Shown: positions 24,934 to 38,466 of the stretch, piece by piece
How the letters are laid out: every line of letters starts with the position of its first letter
Numbering within the stretch: the first letter of the stretch is position 1
NCBI RefSeq assembly: GCF_963921235.1
Contig: NC_086108.1
Location: 22,506,001-22,570,000 of the forward strand
Length of the DNA stretch: 64,000 nt
Source of the DNA: Mobula hypostoma
Lineage: Eukaryota
Reading direction: 5' to 3'
The notes under the pieces: model-generated
What the model saw: the letters and a program-made list of their open reading frames with translations, nothing else
Database searches by the model: none
Told to the model about the DNA's origin: nothing
Position numbers and translations under genes: made by a program

Positions 24934-24984
<51 letters not shown>

Positions 24985-24989
24985 GTGTA

Positions 24990-25028
<39 letters not shown>

Positions 25029-25071
25029 ATATATGTGTGTGTGTGTGTGTATATATGTGTGTGTATATATA
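24645..25071. repeat. Compound (TG)n/(TA)n microsatellite, ~430 bp
   Basis: Seen directly; source of the HT/CV low-complexity ORFs. Confidence 0.98.
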
Positions 25072-25736
25072 CTTTTTTTAAATTGCAAATTTTTGTGCTC
25101 CTGACTTGAGTAAGTTAATTGCAGAAATGGGACAATTTAACTCATTGTCTTGCCAGAATGCCGGAAACTCTGACTCTGTGCTGGGGCATCATTAGTTGTT
25201 CTTCACTAGGCGGCCTTTGAGGCACGTACAAGCAATCGGAGCAGCCATGACAAGCTAGAGATGTCATGTTTTGTTTCCTAGTCACTGAGAGTGACCCTGT
25301 GTCTTTGTGTCTCCATTCACTTCGTAACTGGACTGATCAAGGTACAAGTTGGCCACTGGTCAGTTACCACTGTGGCTTTGAAATTCAATTACATAGCAAT
25401 GCATTTTAATCAGAAATCTGAATTGCTGTGTAAAAACAATATGTAGGTTGAAAAGAGAGCAGCATGCACATTTTGAAAGACTTGATTGCAATTTTGAGCC
25501 TCATTCTGGGTTGATGTCAGTTGTGCGATGCATGTTTATCATTTTTACTTTCAGTTTGGTTTGCATGGGTGAAGTTAATGTACAGTGACACCCAAGCACA
25601 CATTCTGAACAGAACTGGGAAGTTCTTTACCTACATAAAGGAACATCCACTACTTGCAGGTTTGTTGAAGTTGGCTAGGGTCAGCCATACTGAACTTTGG
25701 AAGCTGCATTGATTGTGGACGTTACTGCTTATCACT

Positions 25737-25845
25737 AACACAAAATAATCTGCAGATGCTGGGGTCAAAGCAACACTCCTGACGAAGGGTTCCGGCCCGA
25801 AACATCGACTGATCTTTTCCACTGATGCTGCCCGACCTGCTGAGG
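25737..25845 (+). mobile_element. 109-bp hammerhead-bearing Penelope-derived mini-element with 13-bp TSD
   Basis: ACTGCTTATCACT at 25724-25736 and 25846-25858; core CTGACGA-AGGGTTCCGGCCC-GAAACATC at 25779-25806. Confidence 0.85.
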
Positions 25846-27049
25846 ACTGCTTATCACTTGCGTGAAGGCTAATGGTGTTGGTGCAAATCCTTGAGCAGGA
25901 GGGATAAGACTGAGGGCATGGTCTCCTGAGGAAGGAAGGAAGGAAAAACGACTCTTATTTGCACTGGCTATTACTTGAGATTCTTCTTGGATCATCATTC
26001 CTTTTTTTTTCTCTGTTCCAAGGCAATGGTGACAGCTATCTATTGTTATCTGTGGCTGGAGCTTGTGCATGCTTTGCATTCACCTGGTGATATGTCACAT
26101 GTTATACCTGACAGGAAATTGGCTCATGTATCACACTTGCTGTTTCTCTGACAAGAGAGCAGTCCATCTCTGTAGGACGGTTGGTGATAAAGAGTGGAGT
26201 TCTGTACTAGGCAAAAAGGCATCAGCCTTTGAACAGCAGATCCTGTGTGACTACACACAGTGCTGCGCAGCTGAGAAGCTTGCAGTGCTGGTCTCCCCTG
26301 AGGTAGTCAGTTGTTCCCGAGACAGCAAGCCTCGGGCTAGAATGTTTTGGTGACTGGGTATAACCTGACCTGGCAAGCTCGAAGAAGAAAGACCACACAC
26401 AGCCACAGAGAAATGAAAATTAGTGTAGATAAAAATAATAGCAATAGCTCATTGCAAAGATAAGCACTACTTAAAACTGGTGATCAAGAAACTAGAAAGT
26501 ATCGCACACTTTGTTAGTACCCACAGCAACCATCACAAAAGATTGCTCAACCGTTCTTGCTGCTTTAGTCCTGGCAACATCCTCTTCAGTATTCCTTGTG
26601 CTATTGCGATCTTTCTGTAGTGTGACCAGGAGTTTATTCTGTATGTTTTTTTTGTGCTATCCCAATCCTTCTGTAGTGTGACTCTAGCTCTATCCTATAC
26701 TCTGAATGTGGTTTAAGTAATTTCTTAGACAGTTATTGGATGGGGCAAGTGTTGTATATCTTCTCAACCATTGCATCCATCTGCCTTGCTACCTGAGCTC
26801 TGTGGTCATGGGCTCATTGGTTCTTCATGTCTCAGCATTCTGTACAGGTTCTTCCTGTTTACTGTCTTCAAATGGACTCCCTTACACTCAGTTCAATTCC
26901 ATTTACACTTTTCTGTCCATTTGGTGAAATAAAGTTTGTAGTATTATATGATTTAATCAGCACTGTTTGCAATGTTCTGAGAAGGTGAATTTGTCATCTT
27001 TTTTTTCTTGTGCCTTGATAAAAGGAAGTAGAGCTATAGTTGGATGTGC

Positions 27050-29155
27050 TCAGGATCTTCTGGGATTCCAAGGATGATATAGACGACAGTTTTGGTGATG
27101 TAGTCACACCTTGGGTGTGAGTTACTGATAGCTGGGTGAGATAGATGGGGAGTAGATAGACAGCTGAATTCCCCTGTGGCCAATCCTCGCAGTAACAGGC
27201 AAACCCCTTTAGGTATTTTTGGAGGGTCACCTCTTAGAGGTCAGCAACAGTAGCTGGGTGTCTTGTCTCTAAGGTAAAGAAGTGAAAGTGAAGTCAGGCA
27301 GTGCGATAGGCAAGGGGGACTTAGTAAGGGTGCAAGGAGGTTTTTCTGTTACCACATTCAGGATGGTGTGTTGCCTTCCTGGTGCCAGGGTCAAAGATGT
27401 CTCGCAGTGGGTTCAGGACAATCTGAGAGGGGAGTGTGAACGTGGTCTATATACTGTAGGTACTGTACTAATGGCGTAGGCAGGAGTAAGGATGAGGTCT
27501 TGCAAAGGGATTTCAGGAAATAAGGTACAAAGTTCAAACTCTGGAGTTCAATGGTTGCAATTTTAGGATTACTACCCATGCCACGTGCTCACAAGATGAG
27601 AAATAGATGCAAGTTCAGTCAGTATGTGGCTAAGGAACTGTTGTGGGAAGGAGGACTTCAGGTTTATGGATCATTGGGCGCTCTACCAGGGAGGGTGGGG
27701 ATCTGTACAAACAAAGTGGTTTGCATCTGAACTGTAGGGGAATCAATATCCTTGCTGGGAGGTTTGTCGGTGCTACTTGGGAGTGTTTAAACTAGAGTGG
27801 CAGAGGAACAGGAACCACAGCAGCAGGACTGTTTGTAGGGTTACAGGTAAGAAAGAAGGTTTGCCAAGTCAGATTGAAAGCAAGGACACCAAGGAACAGG
27901 CTAATAAACGTGGTGGGTGGGATTGTCTAAGAAATGTTTATTTCAAAGCTAGGAGTACTATACCCAAGAAGGATAAAGTTGGAGCTTGGATCTGTACATG
28001 GAATTGCATTGTTGCTGATGTGGAGACCTGGGTGCGAGAGAGACAGGACTGGCAGCTCAGTGTTCCTGGGTTTCATTCTCTTGCTTATGATAGAGAGGGG
28101 ACAATAAAGGTGTCAGGGTTGTACTGCTGATAAAGGAGAGTGTCACAGCAGTACCCAGAGAAGGCACATTGGAGAACTCATCTGCATAGGCAGGTTGGTG
28201 GAATTCAGAAATGGGACAGACGAAATCTTGCTGAATAGACTTTGACCATAGACTACTGATAGAGAGGGGACCAGATATGTGGACAGATTATGGAATTTTT
28301 TTTGTATTGGGGGAGGGTCTTCAACTTCCCCGGTATTAATTAGAACTTTATTGCAAGAAGCTTAGATGTGGTGGGATTTCTTCAGTACATCCAAGATGGT
28401 TTCTTGAAGCAGCATGTGGAAAATCTATCTAGAAGAAAGAATGTAACGGGACTAGTTTTGGGAAATGAACCAGAACTGATAGTGGGTGAATATTATGGGT
28501 ATCTTGAAATTGGAGGATCATGGAAATAGTGTGAGACCTGCTAATGTGCTGGAATATTTTGTGATTAAGAGGAGATGATGCTGGATTTTCTGCATCAGGT
28601 GTATAAAAACCTAGTGCCTGCTGTCATGTTTGTATATCAGAATATTGAAATAAGCAAGTGAGGAGATCGCTTAGGTTTGGCAAGGATCTTTATGTCCCCA
28701 CTGGAAACAGGTGAGGTCCCAGAGGATTAGAGATTGCCAAATGTGGTTCCGTTGTTCAAGAAGTTAAATGGAATTAATCCAAGTAATTATAGTGTCAGTG
28801 GTAGGAAAGCTCTTGGAGAGGATACTGAAGGGTGCCTTGGGACAGTCAGCATTGCTTTGTGCAGTCTAAGTCATGTCTCAAAATTTAATTGAGATTTTGA
28901 GGAGTCAGAAAGGTGCTGATGAGAGTAAGGCAGTGGACATTATCTACATGGACTTTAATAAGGCTTTCGATAAGGTAACTCATGGTAGGTTGATTCGGAA
29001 GATGCTTGGGATTCAGGGTGGATTGCAATTAGGTTTTGGAATTGGATTGCCTATGGAAGATAAATATGGGGTGGAAGGATGTTATTCTGCCTGGAGGTCT
29101 GTGACAAGTGGTATTCGGCAAGGGTCAGTGCTGGGTCCCCTGTTGTTTGTGATGT
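27050..29155 (+). mobile_element. Decayed CR1 LINE (ORF1 esterase, ORF2 endonuclease/RT remnants)
   Basis: VCCLPGARVKDV; YMDFNKAFDKV; VTSGIRQGSVLGPLLF. Confidence 0.8.
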
Positions 29156-30410
29156 ACTTTATACTTTATTGTCGCCAAACAATTGATACTAGAACGTACA
29201 ATCATCACAGTGATATTTGATTCTGTGCTTCCCGCTCCCTGGAGTACAAATTGATAGTAAATATTAAAAATTTAAATTATAAATCATAAATAGAAAATAG
29301 GAAATGGAAAGTAAGGTCGTGCAAAAACCAGAGAGGCAGGTCCGGATATTTGGAGGGTATGGCCCAGATCCGAGTCAGGATCCGTTCAGCAGTCTTATCA
29401 CAGTTGGAAAGAAACTGTTCCCAAATTTGGCCGTATAAGTCTTCAAGCTCCTGAGCCTTCTCCCAGAGGGAAGAGGGACGAAAAGTGTGTTGGCTGGACG
29501 GGTCGTGTCCTTGATTATCCTGGCAGCACTGCTCTGACATCGTGAGGTGTAAAGTGAGTCCAAGGATGGAAGATTGGTTTGTGTGATGTGCTGGGCTGTG
29601 TTCACAGTCTTCTGCAGCTTCTTCCGGTCTTGGACAGGACAACTTTCATACCAGGTTGTGATGCACCCTAGAAGAATGCTTTCTACAGTGTATCTATAGA
29701 AATTAGTGAGGGTTTTAGGGGACAGGCCAAATTTCTTTAGTTTTCTCAGGAAGTAAAGGTGCTGATGGGCCTTCTTGGCAGTGGACTCTGCTTGGTTGGA
29801 CCAAGTCAGGTCATTTATGATATTGACCTCGAGGAACTTAAAGCTTTTGACCTGTTCCACTTGCGCACCACCAATGTAAATTGGGTTGTGCAGTCCTCTA
29901 CTCCTTCTGAAGTCAACAACCAATTCCTTCGTCTTGCTGACGTTGAGGGATAGGTTATTGTCTTCGCACCATGCCACCATTGTTCTTAATTTCCTCTCTG
30001 TACTCAAACTCATCATTACCCGAGATACAGCCTACAATTGTTGTGTCATCAGCAAACTTATGGAAACTTGGCTACACAATCATGGGTGTACAGTGAGTAC
30101 AGCAGGGGGCTGAGTACACAGCCTTGTGGGGCACCGGTGCTCAGAGTGATTGTAGAGGAGAGCTTGTCCCCTATTTTTACAGCCTGGGTTCTGTCTGTGA
30201 GGAAGTTGAAGATCCAGCTGCAGATCTGAGTGCTAAGGCCCAGGTTCCAGAGCTTAGAAATCAGTTTATTTGGAATGATGGTATTGAAAGGCAGAGCTGT
30301 AGTCAATGAAAAGGAGCCTTACGTATGCGTCTTTATTCTCTAGGTGTTCTAAGGAGGAATGTAGGGCCAGAGAGATGGCATCTGCAGTTGACCTATTGCT
30401 GTGGTAGGCG
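29156..30410 (-). mobile_element. Rex1/Babar-like LINE, 5'-truncated
   Basis: ORFs 30058-30306 ([22 protein letters not shown]) and 29375-30016 (WCEDNNLSLNVSKTKELVVDFRR); AATAAA/(AAAGTAT) tail complement at 29156-29170. Confidence 0.88.
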
Positions 30411-30771
30411 AATGGGTTTGTTTTGGGTGCCCCAGTTTCCACCCACAGTACAAAGACATTTCTCCTTTGGCTCCTCCCACTTCCTCCAAACTACAGGTGT
30501 AGCTATGGGCACCCATATGGGTCCTAGCTATGCCTGCCTTTTTGTTGGCTTTGTGGAACAATCTATGTTCTGTACCTATTCTGGTATCTGTCCCCCACTT
30601 TTCCTTCACTACATCGACGACTGTATTGGCGCTGCTTCCTGCATTCATGCTGAGCTCATTGTCTTTATTAACTTTGCCTCTAACTTTTACCCTGCCGTCA
30701 AGTTTACCTGGTCCATTTCTGACACCTCCCTCCCCTTTCTCGATCTTTCTGTCTCTATCTCTGGAGACAGC

Positions 30772-31631
30772 TGTGACGAGAATACACATAAAATTAAGAT
30801 GTTTGCTGGCCTGGGCTAGCATCAGTGGCATCAGCAGTTGGTCTGCCACCTGCCCTCAGGGGAAGGAGAGATAAGGAACAATGGAGCAGCGTCTGGAGAT
30901 GTGTAATGAAGGGACGTGGGAGAGAGAGCTGTCTGGAGCGGCTTCCCCTTTGAACCTTGAACTGTTTGAAGTGGTGGACAGGCGATACCCCAGCAGGGGG
31001 ATAAAAAGGGACAGGTTCGCTAAGGCAGGACACACGCCACCCGAGGTAACGAGACCCTGGAAGCGGTGCGAATGTCACGAGTGGGTGAGAAGTATCAGAC
31101 AACGGCCAGGGTGGAAAGGTACGATCAGCGGGAACCCGGTGTGTGTCCGCCCTTGCCTGGGTGCCGGGTTCACTGCAGAGGATCGACCGCATTTGGAGGA
31201 GTGGTCACAGTCGGTGACCTCAGGTGACATCACCAAGGACCCGCCCAAAAGTTGCTTGTGAGCCATCTCGCCGGTCTGTGAGTGAAGCCGTGTCTGAATG
31301 ATCAGTTGTTCCTGTTCTATCTCTCTCTTCCCCCACCTTGTCCATTGCCATGGCAACGATTACTGTGAACTGAACTACTAACTGGACTGAACTTTGAGTC
31401 ATTTTGAAATTTGGTCATTTTCCCCCTAGACAACGATAGAGCTTGATTGATGCTGTTATCTTAATTCTGTGCACATGTGTGGTTAACATTGCTGAACTGT
31501 TGCATTTATTATCCTTTCGATTACTGTGTTGCTTGTTTCTTTAATAAAACTTTCTTAGTTCTAGTACTCCAGACTCCAACTGAGTGATCCATTTCTGCTG
31601 GTTTGGCAACCCAGTTACGGGGTACGTAACA
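30772..31631 (+). mobile_element. Solo LTR (Ty3/Gypsy-type by its 4-bp TSD), 860 bp
   Basis: Starts TGTGACG, ends CGTAACA; CAGC TSD at 30768-30771 and 31632-31635; the empty site gagacagcttatc is seen in the paralogous Penelope at ~18710; GATAAAA ~31000 and AATAAA ~31543. Confidence 0.9.
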
Positions 31632-32811
31632 CAGCTTATCCACTGATGTCTACTATAAGCCTACTGACTCTCTCAGCTATCTGGACTATTCCTCTTCTCA
31701 CCCTGTCTCTTGCAAAAATGCCATCCCCTTTTCGCAATTCCTCTGCCTCCGCCGCATCTGCTCTCAGGATGAGGCTTTTCATTCTAGGACGAGGGAGATG
31801 TCCTTTTTTAAAGAAAGGGGCTTCCCTTCCTCCACCATCAACTCTACTCTCAAATGCATCTCCCCCATTCCACGCACATCTGCTCTCACTCCATCCTCCC
31901 GCCACCCCACTAGGAATAGGGTTCCCCTGGTCCTCACCTACCACCCCACCAGCCTCCGGGTCCAACATATTATACTCCGTAAATTCCGCCACCTCCAACG
32001 GGATCCCACCACTAAGCACATCGTTCCCTTCCCCCCCTCTCTGCTTTCCGCAGGGATCGCTCCCTACGTGACTCCCTTGTCCATTCATCTCCCCCATCTC
32101 TCCCTACTGATCTCCCTCCTGGCACTTATCTGTGTAAGCAGAACAAGTGCTACACGTGCCCTTACACTTCCTCCCTTACCACCATTCTGGGCCCCAGACA
32201 GTCCTTCCAGGTGAGGCGACTGGGGTGATAAACTGTGTCCGGTGCTCCCGATGTGGCCTTCTATATATTGGCGAGACCCGACACCGACTGGGAGACCGCT
32301 TTGCTGAATACCTACGCTCTGTCCGCCAGAGAAAGCAGGATCTCCCAGTGGCCACACATTTTAATTCCACATCCCATTCCCATTCTGACATGTCTATCCA
32401 CGGCCTCCTCTACTGTGAAGATGAAGCCACACTCAGGTTGGAGGAACAACACCTTACATTCCGTCTGGGTAGCCTCCAACCTGATGGCATGAACATTGAC
32501 TTCTCTAACTTCTGCTAATGCCCCACCTCCCCCTCGTACTCCATCCGTTATTTTTTTTTTATACACACATTCTTTCTCTCACTTTTTTTCTCCCTCTGTC
32601 CCTCTGACTATACCCCTTGCCCATCCTCTGGGTTCCCCCCCACCCTTATCTTTCTCCCCGGGCCTCCTGTCCCATGATCCTCTCATATCCCCTTTGCCTA
32701 TCACCTGTCCAGCTCTTGGCTCCATCCCTCCCCCTCCTGTCTGCTCCTATCATTTTGGGTCTCCCCCTCCCCCTCCCACTTTCAAATCTCTTACTAACTC
32801 TACCTTCAGTT

Positions 32812-32847
32812 AGTCCTGACGAAGGGTCTCGGCCCGAAACGTCGACT
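32812..32847 (+). ncRNA. Minimal type I hammerhead ribozyme, best-preserved copy; predicted cleavage after GUC (32843)
   Basis: AGTC/GACT helix I, CTGACGA core, GGG/CCC helix II, GAA, palindromic ACGT helix III. Confidence 0.82.
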
Positions 32848-32896
32848 GTACCTCTTCCTAGAGATGCTGCCTGGCCTGCTGCGTTTACCAGCAACT

Positions 32897-35240
32897 AACA
32901 GGTTTAGGGTACCTTGGTTTTCAACAGATATTGAGGCTCTGGTTAAGAAGAAGGAGGATGTGCGTAGCTGGTACAGGCATCAAGGAGCAAATGGTGTACG
33001 TGATTATATGAAATGCAGGAGGACACTTTAGAAGGAATTCAGCAGGACTAAAATAAGGCATGAGTTTGCTTGGCAGTCAGGGTGAAGGAGAATGTCATGG
33101 GCTTGAGAGATATTAAGAGCAAAAGGATAGCATAGGAAAAAATTGGTCTACTGGAAGATTAATGTGGTCATCTATGCATGGAGCCAAAAGTGATGGTGGA
33201 AATCTTGAATGTTATTGTTTTTTTTTTTTGCATTTGTATTTACCTGGGTGATGGACACAGTCTATAGAACTGAGGCAAAAGAACGATGAGGTTGTGGGCC
33301 ATGTCTGCATTACAGAAGATAAAGATTCTTGCTGTCTTGAGAAAAATAGGGTGGATAAATCCCCAGGGCCTGACAAGGTGTTCCCTTGGACATTGTGGGA
33401 GACGAGTGCAGAAATTGCAGGTGCCCTGGCAGAGATATTTAAAATGTCCTTAACCATGGATGAGGTGCTGGAGGTCTGGAGGATGGCTAATGTTGTTTAA
33501 GAAAGGCTCAAAGAATATTGTGAGGTGGTGAGTCTGATGTTAGTAGTGGGTAAGCTTTTGGAAGATACTCCACGGGACTGGATATATAAGTATTTGGATA
33601 GGCAAGGACTGGTTAGGATAGTCAACGTGGCTTTGTGCGTGGTAGATCATGTCTAACCATTGTTAGTTTCTCAAGGAAGCTATCAGGAAACTTGAAGATA
33701 ATGCAGTGGATGGTGTCTACATGGACTTCAACAAGGCTTTTGACAAGGTTGGTCAAGAAGGTTCAGTCACTTGGCATTCAGGATGAGGTAGCAAATTGGA
33801 TTGGGCATTAGCTTTGTAGGAGAAGCCAGAGAGTGGTAGTAGATGGTTGCCTCTCTGACTGGAGGTCTGTGACTAGTGGTGTGCTGCAGGGATCAGTGTT
33901 GTGCCCATTGTCGTTTGTCATCTATAGCAACAATCTGAATGATAATGTGGTAAACTGGATCAGCAGATTTGTGAATGACACCAATATTGGGGGTCTAGTA
34001 TGCGGCAAGAGAGGCCATCTAAGCTTGAAGTAGGATCTGGACCTGCTGGAAAAATGAGCTGAAAAATGGCAGATGGAATTTAATGCAAAAGAGGTGTGAG
34101 TTGTGACACTTTAGGAGGACCAAACAAAGTTGGTCTTACACAGTGAATGCTAGGGACTGAGGAGGACAGTATAACAGAGGGATCTCAGAATGCAGATCCA
34201 TAATACCTTCAAAGTGGATAGATAGGGTTGTAAAGATATTTTAGCACATTGTATTGAGTACAGGAGTTATGTTGAAGTTGTAAAAGAAGCTAAAGAGGCT
34301 AAATTTGGAGTATTATGTATAGTTCTAGTCACCTGCCTATAGGAAAGATGTAAATAAGATTGAAAAAGTACAAAGAAGATTTACAAGGATGTGCCAGGAC
34401 TTGTGGACCTGAGCTACAGGGAAAGGTTGAAAAGGAATAGGACTTTATTCCCTTGAGTGTAGGCGATGAGGGGAGCTTTGATTGAGGTATATAAAATTAT
34501 GAGGTGTATAGGTAATGTAAATGCCCTATAGATTGGGTGGTGGGGTGGAGATCTGTCTCTACCAAAGGAGCTATAAGGCACTCCTTCCCTCCTCTGGCCT
34601 GCAAATCACCCTTGTGCAAGATGTAGCACCTTCTTAGCCCCCTGATCAGGGTCACGAGAAGCCATAGGAACAAGTGTTGGATGGTCGTACGAACAGTTGG
34701 TGCACATCACAAGTCCTGGTTATGTGACCATGGATGTCAGGCAGACAGTCCCTGAAGAGTGTTGATAATGGCTGTGGTCACCTGTCTTGTAAAGACACTG
34801 CCCAGAAGAAGGCAATGGCAAACCACTTCTGAAGAAAAAATTTACCAAGAACAATCGTGGTCACGGAGAACATGATTGCCCATGTCATACAACATGGCAC
34901 GTAATGATGCTGATGAAAAAGCAAGCAGGCTTTTTGCATTGAGGTTGGATGAGACTAGAACTAGAAGCTGTGGGTTAAGTGTGAAAGGTGAAATGTTTTA
35001 AGGGGACCATGAGGGGGAGCTTGTTCACTTAGCGTGCTGAGAGTGTGGAATGAGCTGCCAGTGGTCGTGGCAGATGTAAGTTTAATCTCAACATTTGAGA
35101 CGTTTGGATCGGTATATGGATGGGAGTTGTATAGAGGGCTGTGGTCCATGTGCAGGTTAATGGGACAAGACAATAATAGTTCAGCACGGACTAGATGGGC
35201 TGAAGAGCCTGTTTCTATGCTGTAGTGCTCTACCCTCTTA
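32897..35240 (+). mobile_element. Decayed CR1 LINE ORF2 and 3' end
   Basis: VDKSPGPD, VTSGVLQGSVL, terminal gcctgtttctatgctgtagtgctct. Confidence 0.8.
34533..34915 (+). mobile_element. RTE/BovB-related SINE-like element inserted in the CR1
   Basis: gaaggcaatggcaaaccactt motif and (TGA)n-type tail; second partial copy at 61345-61545. Confidence 0.65.
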
Positions 35241-38200
35241 TAGGATACAGGCCAAATGTGAGCAAATGGAACTAGCAGAGACGGACGTCATTGTTGGCAT
35301 GGGTGAGTTGAGCCGAGGGCAAGGTTAGAGACCTTTACAAGTCAGTGCTACTTCATTGAATGCCAGCACAGACTCACAGGGGATGGCTGACAGCAAAATA
35401 TAGAATATTTCATTGGTATCTTGCTTTAAAATAACCCCTGGAATTTGTTCATGTCTACTTCATTATTCGTTAAAGAAGGCTGGCTGTTCCACTAAAACAG
35501 GTCGATTACATTTAAAAGACACTTGGGCAAGGGATACAAAAAGTTATGAAAGGTGTGAGTCAAATGCAGATGAATGGGACTAACTTAGCATGTTTGCTTG
35601 GCGTGGAGTAGTTGGGCTGAAGGATCTGTGTCTGTGTTGTATGACTCCCAGGTGAGGGATGACATTGTGATTTATCCCTTGTGACTAACATGAACACGCC
35701 CCCTCAGTGGAAATTATAGTAAACATGATTACTACACTATTAGTCTTCATCTATCAAACAATTTTGCCATTTAATTTTACATGAAATCTTTGGTTCAGGT
35801 ATGTAAAATTATGATGGTTACAGATATGTTAGATGTCAGGAGCATTTTCCCTCTTATCAGAGGTAGCTAAAACTGGAGGACATAGATTTAGGGTAAAGCA
35901 CAAGAAATTTGGAGGGGAACTGAGGGGGATATTTTCAGCCAGACAGTTGAGTCCAGGAGGCTGCTGGAGAGAGTGGGTGAAGTGGACTCACCAGTAGCTT
36001 ATAAAAACTATCAAGACAGCACTTGAATTGCCTAGGCATAGGGAGCTATGGGCTAAATTCTGGAAGATAACTAATGTGGGTTTGATATGGATGAGTGCCT
36101 GCTGGTCAGTGTGGATGTGGAGAGCTGAATAGCTTGTTTCCATGCTGTATGACTTGAGGTCAAAGGAAAGGTTTTTCAGCTGATGAGCACCAAAGATTTT
36201 GTCTTAAATGGAGGTTCATGGGTATCAGAAAGTAGGGAGAGCAGGTAACATGACAGTATGAGTAACCATCAATGGTAAACCCTCCTGGACCTGATCATAT
36301 ACCTGCTGGAAATTTCATTTCACTACTGAAGGAGATTGCTGAGGCTCAGTGTGATAACTTTCACATTGTGCACACATTGATGAAAGATGAAGGGTTGGAC
36401 AGATATTCATATCCTTTCATATCCAGATGGAGAAGGACCTCCTCATCACAACTCTGCATCTTTCATTGAAGTGCTCAGGCAGGATTGATCCAAAGATTTT
36501 AATTTATATAAATATCAGGATTTAGTGGTTAAAAACAAAGAACTGTCCATGCACTTTTGAGTGTATAGTATGTGGTTCCCTCTGATGTTGCAGTCCACTA
36601 CAGTAGCGACTCAATAGTACATAAGCCAACCCATTCATGTGCGTCTGGATATCGAATTCCAACCTTCTTCACCAAAGGCAGACCTGTTTAGATACAGAAT
36701 ATAGGCTGTCCCCAGGCTATGTACACTATGTACAAACACCCTTAAATGCAAAGAAACCCCCATAATATTCAGTTCAAATGCCTGATGTGCATACATCTGT
36801 CTTCAGAATGGCTAAACTAGTTCCCTTTCTTTCCCTTTCCATTTTTATTAATTTTTTTCTCACATGCAATACTGTGCTGTTACTGTATTGTGATTTTTGT
36901 GCATTTTCCAATTTGTGGACAAAATCAGCTGATGGTTGTAAAATCCAGTTTGTAACTCAGGCATGGCCTATATAGAGGAGGGGGTGTACTGTCCACCTCA
37001 CCGATAGACCTTGATATGCAGATGGAGGATGTAGCTCTGGACTGGAGAAAAACCACCTTGTTGCAACTGTCAACCAGGATGGAGGAGCGCCATTAATATG
37101 GGCTGACGCTTTTGCTCTGAGAATGTCATAGGTGGAGGGTTGTAATGGATCCTTTGTCAAGCAGTAAGTTCTGATATTTCAGACTTTCTGTCCATTGTAA
37201 TTTATTGTAATTTAACTTGTGTCAGCTCCACAGGCAGCTGTCTGCATTTAACAACTAATTGTTGGGAGATAAATATTGGTTTCCTCTGAGAATTCCCCTG
37301 CTCTCCCTTGAAAACAAAGGGCGTGGACTTCCAACCGAAGGGCTTGGAGTCACAACTGGAAGAGCTTGATTCTATTTCTGAAGGACCCTTCTTCTCCAAG
37401 TTATGGCAGGGTAACATTCCTGTGAACTGCCCATAACCCAAATGGAATGCACGTTAAAAATGTACCCACGAGTTGAGATCCCACCCAACCCACAACGTCT
37501 GCAGCCCCAGTGAATCCATCCCTCTGGACTCAAACACTTCATTCATGCATACAGGTTGTGTAGGTAAGGTGCGTGTTCGTAACCTGGTAAGGACCTGCAT
37601 GTGGAGAGTGATATAAATTGTGAACCACAGGAACTGAAATAATTCAAACATAATTCTGATTCTGAAGAATTTGTGGTTTGTGCTGTGGCTCTGTGTTAAA
37701 TTGACCACAAAATCATTTGCTGCTGTTTCAGCATTGAAAAACAAAATTGAAATGACTTCCAGGTCCAAGTGAGATGTATTTTCCATTCTGAGTGTAAACT
37801 TTACTGAACTGCTCTGCCTTCACAACTGTTCCCTGTCTGCCCTTGTGTGAGACTTGAAAGGCTTCTCATGATGTGATTATTCATCATAGTGATTAGTGCC
37901 TTGACATGTTTCGCTTTCTACTGACCCGCCAACTCTCTTATCGCCCAACAGAACATGCCCCAAACCAGCCAGCAACCCTGGTCTGTAACCTGATGCTTGA
38001 AAGTTGCTGCTTGAGTAACTTCTGTGCTTTGAAGAGCAGCAGAAAGAGATTATAGCCTGAGCCAGCTCTGGTTTTAATTTACCAACACGGCTTCTACAAG
38101 GTTTGGAATTCTTGGTAATACTGCCGTGCTACATTTTTTTAGCTGATAAATGGAAGGACTGCAAATCACTTTTCTGAGAAATTATTTTCTTTTTACCCAC

Positions 38201-38466
38201 TCACCACTAGCAATGAACTTTGAATCTGTGCTGGTCACTGCAGACCACAGATTTGCAGTAAGCTCTGTGTATTGATAAAAGACAGCTTGACATTGATGGG
38301 TTTTTGAACAAACAGCCCAGAGAGCAGAAGTTCAGATCCTGTTGTGTTGTGTCGTGAAATTGAATGCAGACTTAATTAGTGAGCAGGCACCAGGTGAAAT
38401 GCCTCTGTCAGAAACATGTAGAATTCTAACTAGTCCAGTGTCTAGTCTTTCAGGAACCTGAATAAA

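Larger units (their letters stand above)
30457..32896 (+). mobile_element. Penelope-like element (RT motifs and GIY-YIG), interrupted by a solo LTR
   Basis: [45 protein letters not shown]; near-identical to 18575-20010. Confidence 0.92.

Noticed and set aside
24603..25109. His/Thr- and Cys/Val-rich ORFs
   Set aside because: Translations of the (TG/TA)n microsatellite
26176..26302. AG..GT-bounded open segment compatible with phase 2 after the TSR1 exon
   Set aside because: Translation (TVGDKEWSSVLGKK..) has no TSR1 completion motif and the donor GTAGTC is weak
30794..31402. Several 90-130 aa ORFs
   Set aside because: They lie inside the solo LTR and show no gag/pol/env motifs
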